From: an uncultured Candidatus Saccharibacteria bacterium
Lineage (GTDB): Bacteria; Patescibacteriota; Minisyncoccia; Phycocordibacterales; UBA9973
Direction: 5' to 3'
Assembly: GCA_964446475.1 (NCBI GenBank)
Contig: CAYUOT010000001.1
Span: 1-48,448, forward strand
Length of the DNA: 48,448 nt
Positions 1 through 8,657 of the stretch are shown in pieces. Position 1 is the stretch's first letter. Every line of letters starts with the position of its first letter. A program made the translations under genes and the position numbers. Below the pieces are notes generated by a model, which worked only from the letters and a program-made list of their open reading frames with translations, ran no database searches and was not told where the DNA came from.

Positions 1-50
1 CTTATCCACGCCGCCAGCGTTCATCCTGAGCTAGGATCAAACTCTACTAA
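1..50 (-). rRNA. rrs: 16S rRNA, 5' end only (gene runs off the left edge)
   Basis: Reverse complement of 1-45 reads AGAGTTTGATCCTAGCTCAGGATGAACGCTGGCGGCGTGGATAAG, the universal 16S 5' region. The exact mature 5' end cannot be determined. Confidence 0.9.
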
Positions 51-201
51 AAAATAGAACGGAACAAAATAAAAAATACTTTATTCCAAACTGGTTGCTC
101 GCAAAAATGCGAGCTAAAAACTTGCTTGATTAATATGATACAAAACTATTTAAATTTCAAAGAAATTAAAACAGTCAGAAACTAATCAGACTGTAGAAAC
201 T

Positions 202-229
202 ATTATATACATCTAGAAAAATAAGTCAA
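202..229 (-). promoter_or_regulatory. sigma70-type promoter for the rRNA operon
   Basis: Minus strand reads TTGACT (229-224), a 16-nt spacer, then TATAAT (207-202), about 150 nt upstream of the 16S 5' end. The leader contains the hairpin GCTCGCA-TTTTT-TGCGAGC (96-115). Confidence 0.7.
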
Positions 230-251
230 TACCCTAAACGACTTTTTTAGA

Positions 252-289
252 TAAATAAAAAACCCTTATAAAATAGCTATTTATAAGGG
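252..289 (-). terminator. intrinsic terminator of the 277-663 ORF
   Basis: 10-bp stem CCCTTATAAA/TTTATAAGGG (263-272/280-289) followed on the minus strand by TTTTTT. The stop codon lies in the loop. Confidence 0.7.
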
Positions 290-663
290 TTAAAAGGAAT
301 AATTATTGCTTTATTTTCTATTTTTCTTTTTTGGGATTTACTATCTTCTTTAATTTTAGAAAATCTTTGATAATATTCTTCACTGGGATTATCATTTTCT
401 AATTCTTCAAAAGATATATCATCTAAATTACTATAATCTTCTGAATCTATTATTTCTTCTCTTTTTAAAATTTCTTTTTCTGATAATTTTTCAAGAATAG
501 AATAATAAGAACCAATGTCTTCTTCTTTTAATTTTTCAAGATATTCTTGAGTTTTTTTATCTCCTAAGTCACAATTATCTATATTAAAAACAAAATCATC
601 AATACTATTTTCTGACTCTTCTTGTTTTGATTTTTTAAAAAATATTTCTCTATTAAAATTCAT
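277..663 (-). CDS. hypothetical acidic (Glu/Asp/Lys-rich) protein
   Basis: 128-aa ORF with its own -10 element and terminator. No recognisable domain. Confidence 0.55.
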   Translation of the reverse strand: MNFNREIFFKKSKQEESENSIDDFVFNIDNCDLGDKKTQEYLEKLKEEDIGSYYSILEKLSEKEILKREEIIDSEDYSNLDDISFEELENDNPSEEYYQRFSKIKEDSKSQKRKIENKAIIIPFNPYK

Positions 664-675
664 TTTTTAATTATA
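664..675 (-). promoter_or_regulatory. -10 element 6 nt upstream of the ATG (leaderless-type)
   Basis: Minus strand: TATAAT (675-670), 6 nt, ATG (663). No Shine-Dalgarno motif. Confidence 0.5.
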
Positions 676-767
676 CTACAAATAAGAGTTTACAAAAAAC
701 TTTTTTTCTGTAATAATCTTATAGTAATATTTTATATTTCATAATATATTGTTTTAGTAAACTAAAT

Positions 768-801
768 GCTCTGTTGGCTGTTTTGGTAGAGCTAAAGCTA
801 G
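768..801 (+). repeat. degenerate copy of the tRNA-Lys 5' half
   Basis: GCTCTGTTGGCTGTTTTGGTAGAGCTAAAGCTAG aligns with the tRNA-Lys start GCCCTGTTAGCTCAGTTGGTAGAGCAGCTCCCT. About 22 of the first 31 positions match. It lies 39 nt upstream of the real gene. Confidence 0.5.
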
Positions 802-839
802 TATACAGTAATAAATTAAATTTTTTAAAAAATAAATAT

Positions 840-912
840 GCCCTGTTAGCTCAGTTGGTAGAGCAGCTCCCTCTTAAGGAGATGGTCGTAGGTTCGACTC
901 CTACACGGGGCA
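840..912 (+). tRNA. tRNA-Lys (anticodon CTT)
   Basis: Cloverleaf: acceptor GCCCTGT/ACGGGGC, D arm GCTC-AGTTGGTA-GAGC, anticodon loop CTCTTAA, T arm GTAGG-TTCGACT-CCTAC. CCA is not encoded. Confidence 0.93.
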
Positions 913-962
913 CAAAATTGTGAGCCCAAAAAGAGTGCACTTCTGCACTCTTTTTCGCTTTT
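913..962. repeat. direct repeat copy 1 (tRNA-Lys trailer plus terminator)
   Basis: 50 nt. The 3' 35 nt (928-962) match 1127-1161 with one mismatch. The 5' 15 nt are diverged (CAAAATTGTGAGCCC versus CAAAAGCGTGAATTT). Confidence 0.8.
928..962 (+). terminator. intrinsic terminator after tRNA-Lys (second copy at 1127-1161)
   Basis: AAAAAGAGTGCA-CTTC-TGCACTCTTTTT hairpin with a T tract. Confidence 0.75.
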
Positions 963-1119
963 GTGAGGCGGAGCGATAATTTTGTCAGCAGACAAAATCG
1001 CGAGCCAGGGTCGTGAAATTTTTCTTTTAACAAAAAGAAAAATATTCCTGACCAAATTAACATCTTTTATAGATAAAAGAAACAAATTTTCAACAGAAAA
1101 TTATGCGTGACCAAAAGCG
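956..1119 (+). repeat. structured intergenic element, long or composite copy A
   Basis: Closing helix CGCTTTTG/CAAAAGCG. 5' end GTGAGGCGGA, then hairpin 973-1001, then GAG. Two AATTTTC-type hairpins follow. The 3' end is ATGCGTGAC. These motifs are shared with 27594-27673 and 21903-21974. Confidence 0.7.
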
Positions 1120-1161
1120 TGAATTTAAAAAGAGTGCATTTCTGCACTCTTTTTCGCTTTT
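1112..1161. repeat. direct repeat copy 2 (duplicated trailer plus terminator)
   Basis: See 913-962. Confidence 0.8.
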
Positions 1162-1361
1162 ATAAAAACTATACAACTTTAAAAATAGAAATTATTCCTT
1201 CTTCTTCAGAAGTAAAACTATTCAGTGGCTGATTATCTAAAAAAAGGTTCTTCATTCTTACTTACACAATTAAAAGCGACCCATAAATAATACTTTTCTA
1301 CAATTGTAAATTTTAAAAAATTAAACTTAACTAAAGATTACAACTTCTAAAAAATAAATCA

Positions 1362-1399
1362 AATAAAAAATCTGGGGGGGTTATCACTCCAGATTTTTT
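1362..1399 (-). terminator. terminator of obg
   Basis: AAAATCTGG/CCAGATTTT stem (1367-1375/1389-1397) followed on the minus strand by a T-rich run. Confidence 0.6.
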
Positions 1400-2414
1400 A
1401 TTTCCTCAACATTTTTACAAATCCATCGATAAGTTTTTTTATAGACTCATCATCATAAAGAGAAAGAGCAAAAACTTTTTTATTTAATTTCTCAAAATCA
1501 TTTTTTATTTTTTCTAATTTTTTCTGCTCTGTCTTTTTGCTTAAATCAAGCATATCTGTTTTAGTGAGAACAATAACTTCATTTTTTTCAATTAATGATT
1601 TATCATAATTCTCTAATTCTTTACGAATCTGTTTGTAAACTTTCATAGAGTTTTCATTCTCAAGAGATACTAAATGTACTAGCATTCGAGTTCTTTTAAT
1701 ATGACGTAAGAATTTTATGCCGAGACCCTTACCTTCTGATGCTCCTTCTATAAGTCCAGGAATATCGGCAATAGTGAAACCAAAGAAATCTCCAAGATTT
1801 GGATCAAGGGTTGTGAATTGATAACTTCCAATCTTAGCAGAAGCATTTGTTATCGCATTTAGTAAAGATGACTTCCCTGCATTAGGAAGACCAACAAGAC
1901 CCACATCAGCAAAAAGTTGTAACTCAATTTTAAAATTTCCTTCTTCTCCATCTTTACCTTTTGTTGCTTTTGTTGGAGTTGTATTTGTAGAAGTTTTAAA
2001 ATTTTCATTTCCATAACCACCAAGACCACCTTTCAATAAAAGTTCTTTTTGCCCAGCAAAATCAAGAGAAATAAAATTTCCACTTTCAATATTTGTTATA
2101 ACTGAACCTACAGGAAATTCAATAATTAGATCTTTTCCATCTTTACCTTTTTTACTTCTACCTTCTCCATCATTACCCCTGTCTGCTTGCCATTCTTTTT
2201 TATGTTTGTATTTAGACAACAGATGAATATCAGAAACAGCCAAAGCATAAATATCGCCACCACGACCACCATCTCCACCGTTTGGACCACCTTTGTCTAT
2301 GAACTTCTCCCGGCGCCATCGAACAACCCCGTCTCCACCGTGACCTGCTTTCGCATAAAATTTTATTTCATCAATAAACATATAATTATGATCTGTGTTT
2401 GTATTTTCTAGCAA
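1398..2414 (-). CDS. obg: GTPase Obg/CgtA
   Basis: Obg N-terminal glycine-rich fold (AKAGHGGDGVVRWRREKF, GGPNGGDGGRGGDIY) plus G domain (GLPNAGKSSLL, DIPGLIEGA, TKTD). The track start is TTG. The ATG at 2381 (MFIDEIKF) is the more likely start. Confidence 0.95.
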   Translation of the reverse strand: MLENTNTDHNYMFIDEIKFYAKAGHGGDGVVRWRREKFIDKGGPNGGDGGRGGDIYALAVSDIHLLSKYKHKKEWQADRGNDGEGRSKKGKDGKDLIIEFPVGSVITNIESGNFISLDFAGQKELLLKGGLGGYGNENFKTSTNTTPTKATKGKDGEEGNFKIELQLFADVGLVGLPNAGKSSLLNAITNASAKIGSYQFTTLDPNLGDFFGFTIADIPGLIEGASEGKGLGIKFLRHIKRTRMLVHLVSLENENSMKVYKQIRKELENYDKSLIEKNEVIVLTKTDMLDLSKKTEQKKLEKIKNDFEKLNKKVFALSLYDDESIKKLIDGFVKMLRK

Positions 2415-2421
2415 TTATAAC

Positions 2422-3342
2422 TTAACTTATTAATGCCTTTTCTGCAAGTTTTAATGCTCCTTCTTTCGTTTTTGTTTCACAAAGGAATCCACTATTATGA
2501 CAAAATTCAATATCATCTATACCCGAAATTACTGCTAATTTTTCTTTATTTAATTCTCCTCTCCAGCTTTTAGGAAAAGGTTTTCGACTTTCTATTGTTT
2601 CTTCGTTTTTTCTAATAGCTTCTATTTTCCAATTATCACTATTGTGTGATGGTAAAATAACATAAACAGGCTCTCTGTATTTTGAAAGAAAATTTTGATA
2701 CAAATATCTAGGCAAATTTGTATTCAAAATAATAATTCTTTTATCTTCTGCTCCAAGAGAACTTTCTTCTATTATTTTTTCACCGTCAATATCATCTTTT
2801 GCAATTTTTATTTCTCTTTTTAATAAATAAACAGCCTTATCTACTTGTCTTTTAAAAATCAAATCAACATTTTTATTTTCTTCTAATTCTTTCCATGTTG
2901 GTTTTTCTGATAAAAATATTTTATTTACATCATAAGGATGAACCCCCTCAAAAATAATTTTGTAGATATCAACACCATTATCAATAGCATCTATTGGGCA
3001 AACCAATTTTCTGTCTATCCTCTCGGCAACTCTAGAATCTTCGCCACAAATTTTTTCACCGAATTTTTTCCAAACCAAACCAAAAGAAGCATAAGGGACG
3101 CCATTGCTCCTTGTCCCTGCCCCACCTTTTTGATGATGATCAAATTTATTCTGATCATCTTCACTTTCTCCTCCAACATCGTAAAGATAATCAGCTTCTT
3201 TAAACAACTCCTTGTCTCTAGTGCGAATTATTTTAATATTCCCTTCTTCTAATATAGAGATTACAGCAGTTGCAAAAATATCATCGGTGTGAAAATCTCC
3301 ATCATGAGTAACAACTTTTTTCTTTTTTTTAAAAATAAACAT
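2422..3342 (-). CDS. MYG1 family (UPF0160) metal-dependent hydrolase/exonuclease
   Basis: THDGDFHTDD, VGG..D....FDHHQ and DAIDNGVD motifs are collinear with the MYG1/GAMM1 family. Confidence 0.88.
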   Translation of the reverse strand: MFIFKKKKKVVTHDGDFHTDDIFATAVISILEEGNIKIIRTRDKELFKEADYLYDVGGESEDDQNKFDHHQKGGAGTRSNGVPYASFGLVWKKFGEKICGEDSRVAERIDRKLVCPIDAIDNGVDIYKIIFEGVHPYDVNKIFLSEKPTWKELEENKNVDLIFKRQVDKAVYLLKREIKIAKDDIDGEKIIEESSLGAEDKRIIILNTNLPRYLYQNFLSKYREPVYVILPSHNSDNWKIEAIRKNEETIESRKPFPKSWRGELNKEKLAVISGIDDIEFCHNSGFLCETKTKEGALKLAEKALIS

Positions 3343-3351
3343 AATATAAAT

Positions 3352-3954
3352 CTAACAATGATCTTTTGTACTAAATAGCTCGACAATAAAAGCAATAATT
3401 TTTTCTAAAATAAAAAATCCTATAAAAAATAATAATAAGAAACCCAAAAAATTACGAACATCTCGACTTATCATTAAAGCTGTATAGCTAAAGAAATATC
3501 CCAAAGAAAGCATTACTGTTGTCCACACAAAAAAAGATAGAATTTCAGCTTTTATAAAAGTCTTAATACTAACCTTATTAAAACCAGCATAAATAACAGC
3601 AAACCAATAAATCCCTAAAATCAAAAACCTAGAAAGAAAAATAGATAAAAATGGTTTATTGATAAAGTTTGGAAAAAAATATTTTATCCTTCTTTCTGTT
3701 TGACAAACAATTTCTTGGTGTGAATGATTATTTCTTAAATAAGAACCAATACTGTAGCCTATAATCGATTTCAAAACACAACCTAAAAATATAGCTACAA
3801 TAACCCAATAAATACTAAATGAATCCAAATGAGAAAATATTCCAGCAATTATAACAACAACTTCTCCTTCTATAAGTACACCCAGCATAACTATCAGATA
3901 TGCAATATTGGCATGCGTTAAAGCAAAATGTTTTATAAAAGAAATAGAAAGCAT
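3352..3954 (-). CDS. DedA-like integral membrane protein
   Basis: 200 aa, multi-pass. The LIEGEVVVIIAGIF and GYSIGSYL pattern resembles DedA/SNARE-associated proteins. Confidence 0.55.
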   Translation of the reverse strand: MLSISFIKHFALTHANIAYLIVMLGVLIEGEVVVIIAGIFSHLDSFSIYWVIVAIFLGCVLKSIIGYSIGSYLRNNHSHQEIVCQTERRIKYFFPNFINKPFLSIFLSRFLILGIYWFAVIYAGFNKVSIKTFIKAEILSFFVWTTVMLSLGYFFSYTALMISRDVRNFLGFLLLFFIGFFILEKIIAFIVELFSTKDHC

Positions 3955-3956
3955 AA

Positions 3957-4322
3957 TTAATCAAGATGAAAAACTTTTGAAAGCAACCAGTTTAAAATAG
4001 AGACAACAAGAGCTCCGATAAAACCAGCATAGAAAGTCTCAACACTAAAACCATCAACAAACGAACCTAAAAACCAAAAAACGGCACCGTTTATAACTAA
4101 AGAAAATAAACCTAGTGTTAAAAGATTAATAGGTAGTGTTAAAATTTTAATTATTGGTTTGATAAACATATTAAATAAAGTTAAACATGCTCCAACAATC
4201 AGAACCGTCCATATTGGCTCAACTGAAATACCAGAAACAAAAGAAAGTTTTGTTGTTATCAAAACCGCCACAGACAAAACAATCCATCTTAAAATTATTT
4301 TCATATTATAAAAATTACACAA
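3957..4322 (-). CDS. small membrane protein, holin-4_2/DUF360 (YvlD)-like
   Basis: 121 aa, 4 TM. PIIKILTLPINLLTLGLFSLVINGAVFW is typical of this family. Confidence 0.7.
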   Translation of the reverse strand: MCNFYNMKIILRWIVLSVAVLITTKLSFVSGISVEPIWTVLIVGACLTLFNMFIKPIIKILTLPINLLTLGLFSLVINGAVFWFLGSFVDGFSVETFYAGFIGALVVSILNWLLSKVFHLD

Positions 4323-4340
4323 ATAAATTTATGTAAAAAA

Positions 4341-4793
4341 TTATTTTAATAATTCATCGACTACTTCTTTAACAATAGAACCATCTGCCTTACCCTTTAG
4401 ATCTTTCATGAGTGTAGACATAAATAAACCTTTCTTTGTAGTATCGATTTCTCCCACCTCAGAAATTTTATTTTTTACGAATTCTTGCACCTCACTCTTT
4501 TCCATAAGCTTAGGAAGAAACTCTTGTAAAATAGTTAATTGACTCTGCTCTTCTTCAACCAAGTCCAATCTATCACCTTTTGTAAATTGCTCTATTGAAT
4601 CTTTTCTTTGTTTTGCTAATCTCGTAATAACGATCAAGGCTTCTTCATCTGAAAGCATATCTTGTGGAGTTTTGCCTTTTACCAATAATTCATTCGTAAA
4701 AGCAGTGACTATTCCACGCATAACCTCCAAACGAAGCTTATCGCCTGATTTCATTGATTCTTTTATATTATCTTTTATTGTTTGATGTAACAT
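4341..4793 (-). CDS. GatB/YqeY domain protein
   Basis: 150 aa. The N-terminal IKESMKSGDKLRLEVMRGI and overall length match YqeY. Confidence 0.88.
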   Translation of the reverse strand: MLHQTIKDNIKESMKSGDKLRLEVMRGIVTAFTNELLVKGKTPQDMLSDEEALIVITRLAKQRKDSIEQFTKGDRLDLVEEEQSQLTILQEFLPKLMEKSEVQEFVKNKISEVGEIDTTKKGLFMSTLMKDLKGKADGSIVKEVVDELLK

Positions 4794-4817
4794 AGTAATT
4801 ATATTGTATCAAAAATA

Positions 4818-4832
4818 TGATAGAATACCAAT
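4818..4832 (+). promoter_or_regulatory. extended -10 element 6 nt upstream of the ATG (leaderless-type)
   Basis: TGaTAGAAT (4818-4826), 6 nt, ATG 4833. No Shine-Dalgarno motif. Confidence 0.55.
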
Positions 4833-5561
4833 ATGAAAAAAATTATATTTTTAGATACAGAGACTACGGGGAATGAACCAAAAAAAGATTTCCTTTGTCA
4901 GTTGGCTTATAAAACAAACGATGAAACTTTTTGCGAACTATACAAACCCCCTGTCCAAATTCCACCTGAAGCTAGTGCTATTACTCATATCTCAAACAAG
5001 ATGGTGGCTGACAAAAACCTATTTAGTGAAAGCAAAGATTATCAAAAAATAAAAAACCTTCTTGAGGATAGTAATTCTGTCATGGTTGCTCATAACAACA
5101 AATTTGATTTTGAAATAATAAAAAAAGAAGGGATAACTCCTGCTAATACAATTTGTACCTTACGAGTTGCAAGATATTTAGACAAAAATAATATAATTCC
5201 TCAATACAAGCTTCAGTTTTTGCGATACTATCTAGACATTGATATAGAAGGAGCCCAAGCACACGATGCTCTTGGCGATGTTCTTGTGCTCGAAAAATTA
5301 TTTGAAAGGTTACTTACTAAAACAAAAGAAGAATACAATTTAAATGATGACGAAGCACTAGAAAAGATGATAGAAATTTCTTCCAAGCCTTCACTTATGA
5401 GTATGTTTAATTTCGGTAAATATAACGGAAAGACAGTGCAAGAAGTTACCAACATTGACCGCGGATATCTCGAATGGATGCTCACCCAAAAAGAACAAAA
5501 TGCAGAAAACGAAGAAGATTGGATATATACTCTTAAATATTATTTAGGAAAACTGATATAA
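4833..5561 (+). CDS. DEDDh 3'-5' exonuclease (DnaQ-like) with a C-terminal small domain
   Basis: Exo motifs FLDTETTG, AHNNKFDF and HDALGDV. The C-terminal FGKYNGKTVQEV..DRGYLEWML motif is also present. Confidence 0.85.
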   Translation: MKKIIFLDTETTGNEPKKDFLCQLAYKTNDETFCELYKPPVQIPPEASAITHISNKMVADKNLFSESKDYQKIKNLLEDSNSVMVAHNNKFDFEIIKKEGITPANTICTLRVARYLDKNNIIPQYKLQFLRYYLDIDIEGAQAHDALGDVLVLEKLFERLLTKTKEEYNLNDDEALEKMIEISSKPSLMSMFNFGKYNGKTVQEVTNIDRGYLEWMLTQKEQNAENEEDWIYTLKYYLGKLI

Positions 5562-5564
5562 AAT

Positions 5565-5604
5565 AAAAAAACCGCGTTTAAATAAACGCGGTTTTGTTTT
5601 TTTT
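5565..5604. terminator. bidirectional intrinsic terminator between convergent genes
   Basis: A run, CCGCGTT/AACGCGG stem, long T run. Confidence 0.8.
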
Positions 5605-5616
5605 ATGAATAAATAA

Positions 5617-7446
5617 TTAAGCAACTTCGAGTTCTTCTTGAAAAACTTCCTCAGCCTCTCCTCTAAAAACTTTTGCTTGAGCTTCAAACATTGAAGCATA
5701 GACTCCACCCCTTCGAACAAGATCTGAGTGATTACCTATTTCTATAACGCCACCATTCTCAAGAACTATAATATTATCGAGGTTTTGAGTGGTGTTAAAT
5801 CTATGAGTAATCACAATCAAAGTCTTATCTCTGGAAGCTTTTGTCATTTGATCAAAAATATAAGATTCTGAAACAGCATCAATCGCTGCGGTAGGTTCAT
5901 CCAATATAGCAACTAATCCATCACGATAAATAACTCTTGATAAAGCAAGTTTTTGGTTCTGCCCCTTAGAGAGTTCTACTCCTCCCTCAAAGTCACGACC
6001 AAGCTGTTGTTTGTATCTATTATCAAATTCATTGATAAACTCTTCTGAACCCGTAAGCACTGCTGACTCTATTATAGAATCCTCATTTAAAGCACCCTCT
6101 GGTCTTCCCATTGCTATTGACTCTTCAATTGTAAAATTATAAGGAACATAGTCTTGCATTAATATTGCAAGATATGAATTCCACTCATTTGGGTCAATAT
6201 CTCTTAGATCTACTCCGTTTACAAGAATCACTCCTTCTGTGGGGTCATATATGCGAGCAAGTAGTTTTACCAAGGTAGTCTTTCCTGCACCATTCTTACC
6301 GACGAATGCAACTTTTTCACCACTTTTAATTACAAAGTTAATGTTTTTAAGTATATACTTATCTCTACCTTCATATTTAAAACTAACATTCCTAAATTCT
6401 ATTTTAGGAGAAGTTTCTAGTTTTAAAGAAATAGTATTTTCTTTTAACTTAATAAATGGTTTTGTATCAAGAACTTCAAAAATTTCATTGACATACAAAT
6501 TCCTCTCAAAAGATTTTGACACATCTGAAAGAATAGAATTTATAGATCCAACAAGTTGCCCTAAGACACTCATAAGAAAAACCATAGCTCCTACAGACTG
6601 TTCACCACTAGAAACCTTCATAACAATAAGATAAAATCCTATTCCTACACCAAGCGCTCCTATGATACTTGCAAAAGCAGAATACAGTAAATTCTTTTTA
6701 TCTGCCTTAAGCTGATCCCTTCTAAACGAAGAGAAAGCATCTCTTGCTATATCCAAAAGCCTACTTGATGACTGAAGAAGTTTAGTTTGAATAATACCAG
6801 TTCTCCCTGTTATATGACTACGAACATGTTGATATTTTTTCTGTCTATCAGTATTTTCAGACCAGATAGTCCACATCTCTGCTCCATATTTCAAATTCAC
6901 AAGGAATGAAGGTATTGCTGTAATTATAATAACTAAATAAATAGTTAAAGATAATTTTGTAGCAATAAAAGAAGTGAGGAGAAATGTTGCAATGTTACCA
7001 AGCGTTCTAATCTGTAATTCAGTAAGTTCCACTATAGGCCAAATATTTCTACGAAAGGCCCTAGTTAAAAGATTTTGGAATTCTGGATTTTCATAATGAC
7101 CCAAATCAATCTCAGTTCTTTTTTTCATAACAAGAATTTCGAGACCCTGTTCATTATCTATCCACCAAATCTTATTTACATAAGCCTGAACCGCAGAAAA
7201 AACTTTCGTTGCAGACCAAACCAGTGCGTACATAACAACTAAACTTAAGGCCAACATTTCGCCACTGCTAATAGAATTAACAGCTGAGTCAACTATTTGC
7301 CCCATTACTTTTGACTGAAAAACTGGCAAAAGCATAGTTGCAACAGTTAGGACAACAAGAGAAACTGTTGTCCAATTAGAAAACTTGAAACTTAGCCCGA
7401 GCGAGCGAACAGAGTTTCTTAAAAAATTTTTTTTCTTTTTTCTCAT
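5617..7446 (-). CDS. ABC exporter, fused permease and ATPase (MsbA-like)
   Basis: 609 aa. N-terminal 6-TM domain, Walker A GKNGAGKTT, signature LSKGQNQ, Walker B ILDEPT. Confidence 0.9.
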   Translation of the reverse strand: MRKKKKNFLRNSVRSLGLSFKFSNWTTVSLVVLTVATMLLPVFQSKVMGQIVDSAVNSISSGEMLALSLVVMYALVWSATKVFSAVQAYVNKIWWIDNEQGLEILVMKKRTEIDLGHYENPEFQNLLTRAFRRNIWPIVELTELQIRTLGNIATFLLTSFIATKLSLTIYLVIIITAIPSFLVNLKYGAEMWTIWSENTDRQKKYQHVRSHITGRTGIIQTKLLQSSSRLLDIARDAFSSFRRDQLKADKKNLLYSAFASIIGALGVGIGFYLIVMKVSSGEQSVGAMVFLMSVLGQLVGSINSILSDVSKSFERNLYVNEIFEVLDTKPFIKLKENTISLKLETSPKIEFRNVSFKYEGRDKYILKNINFVIKSGEKVAFVGKNGAGKTTLVKLLARIYDPTEGVILVNGVDLRDIDPNEWNSYLAILMQDYVPYNFTIEESIAMGRPEGALNEDSIIESAVLTGSEEFINEFDNRYKQQLGRDFEGGVELSKGQNQKLALSRVIYRDGLVAILDEPTAAIDAVSESYIFDQMTKASRDKTLIVITHRFNTTQNLDNIIVLENGGVIEIGNHSDLVRRGGVYASMFEAQAKVFRGEAEEVFQEELEVA

Positions 7447-7559
7447 ATTCTTAATAATTATTTATTTTCAAAGAATTTAATTATATTACTCATTTTATAT
7501 TATACACTATTTTTATAAAAAGTCAATAGAAATAAGACTTATTTAATAAGAATTTTTTA

Positions 7560-7574
7560 TGTTAAAATTAGCCT
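7560..7574 (+). promoter_or_regulatory. extended -10 element 6 nt upstream of the ATG (leaderless-type)
   Basis: TGtTAAAAT (7560-7568), 6 nt, ATG 7575. Confidence 0.55.
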
Positions 7575-8621
7575 ATGCAAACTTTAATTATTATACTTTT
7601 GGTTATTATTATAATTGGTCTTATTGTGATACTTTATTTCTCTTTTAATAAAAATCTTAAAAATGGAAATGGAGAAGCAAACCAATTACTTTTATCACAA
7701 ATAAATGAACTCTCTAGAACTATCGACAACAAACTTGGAGAATCCCAAAAAGAAGTAAATGAAACGATAAGACACCAAACAAACCAATCTCAAAATATTA
7801 TACGAGATATTACAGAGAGACTAACAAGGCTTGATGAACAAAATAAACAAGTTATATCTTTTGCTGACCAATTACAAAACCTACAAGACATACTAAAGAA
7901 CCCGAAGCAACGAGGAATCTTAGGAGAGTACTATCTGGAAACACTTTTAAAAAATGTTATGCCTCCTGGTTCATACCAAATGCAATATTCTTTTCCTGAT
8001 GGAAATATTGTTGATGCTGTAGTTTTTGTAAAAGATAAAATTATTCCCATTGATTCCAAATTTTCACTAGAAAACTATAATCGTATAGTCGAAACAAATG
8101 ACAATCAAGAAAAAGAAAGATTAGAGAAAGTTTTTGTAAATGATTTAAAAAATAGAATAGTTGAAACCTCCAAATATATTCAACCAAAAGAAAATACAAT
8201 GGATTTTGCTTTTATGTTTATTCCACACGAAGCAATTTATTATGATTTACTTATCAATAAGATTGGGGCGATAAACGAAGACACCGAAAACCTTATTCAG
8301 AGAGCTGCAAGTAAACACAAAGTGATTATCGTTTCCCCTACTTCATTCCTTGCATATCTTCAAACAGTACTTCAAGGATTAAAAGCAATGCAAATAGAAG
8401 AGAGTGCAAAAGATATCGTAAAAAGAGTTGGAGAATTAGGAAGCCATTTAAAATCTTATGAAGAATTTCATTCAAAATTAGGAAACGCTCTGTCTACTAC
8501 AATAAACCATTTTAATAAATCAAACAATGAATTCAAAAAAATAGATAAAGACATCATGAGAATAACCGGAGAAACTATTGAAATAGAAAAACTAACACTA
8601 GAGAAACCTCAAGAAGAATAA
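7575..8621 (+). CDS. rmuC: DNA recombination protein RmuC
   Basis: N-terminal TM and coiled coil, then the RmuC core (KQRGILGEYYLE, IPIDSKFSLENY, FMFIPHEAIY). Confidence 0.88.
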   Translation: MQTLIIILLVIIIIGLIVILYFSFNKNLKNGNGEANQLLLSQINELSRTIDNKLGESQKEVNETIRHQTNQSQNIIRDITERLTRLDEQNKQVISFADQLQNLQDILKNPKQRGILGEYYLETLLKNVMPPGSYQMQYSFPDGNIVDAVVFVKDKIIPIDSKFSLENYNRIVETNDNQEKERLEKVFVNDLKNRIVETSKYIQPKENTMDFAFMFIPHEAIYYDLLINKIGAINEDTENLIQRAASKHKVIIVSPTSFLAYLQTVLQGLKAMQIEESAKDIVKRVGELGSHLKSYEEFHSKLGNALSTTINHFNKSNNEFKKIDKDIMRITGETIEIEKLTLEKPQEE

Positions 8622-8625
8622 AAAT

Positions 8626-8657
8626 AAAAAGACTAGCATTAAACACTAGTCTTTTTA
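8626..8657. terminator. bidirectional terminator
   Basis: AAAAAGACTAG...CTAGTCTTTTT hairpin between convergent genes. Confidence 0.75.

Noticed and set aside
846-1085. ORFs 846-1085 and 851-1063 (minus strand)
   Set aside because: They run antisense across tRNA-Lys, its terminator and the repeat element, so they are artefacts of the six-frame scan.
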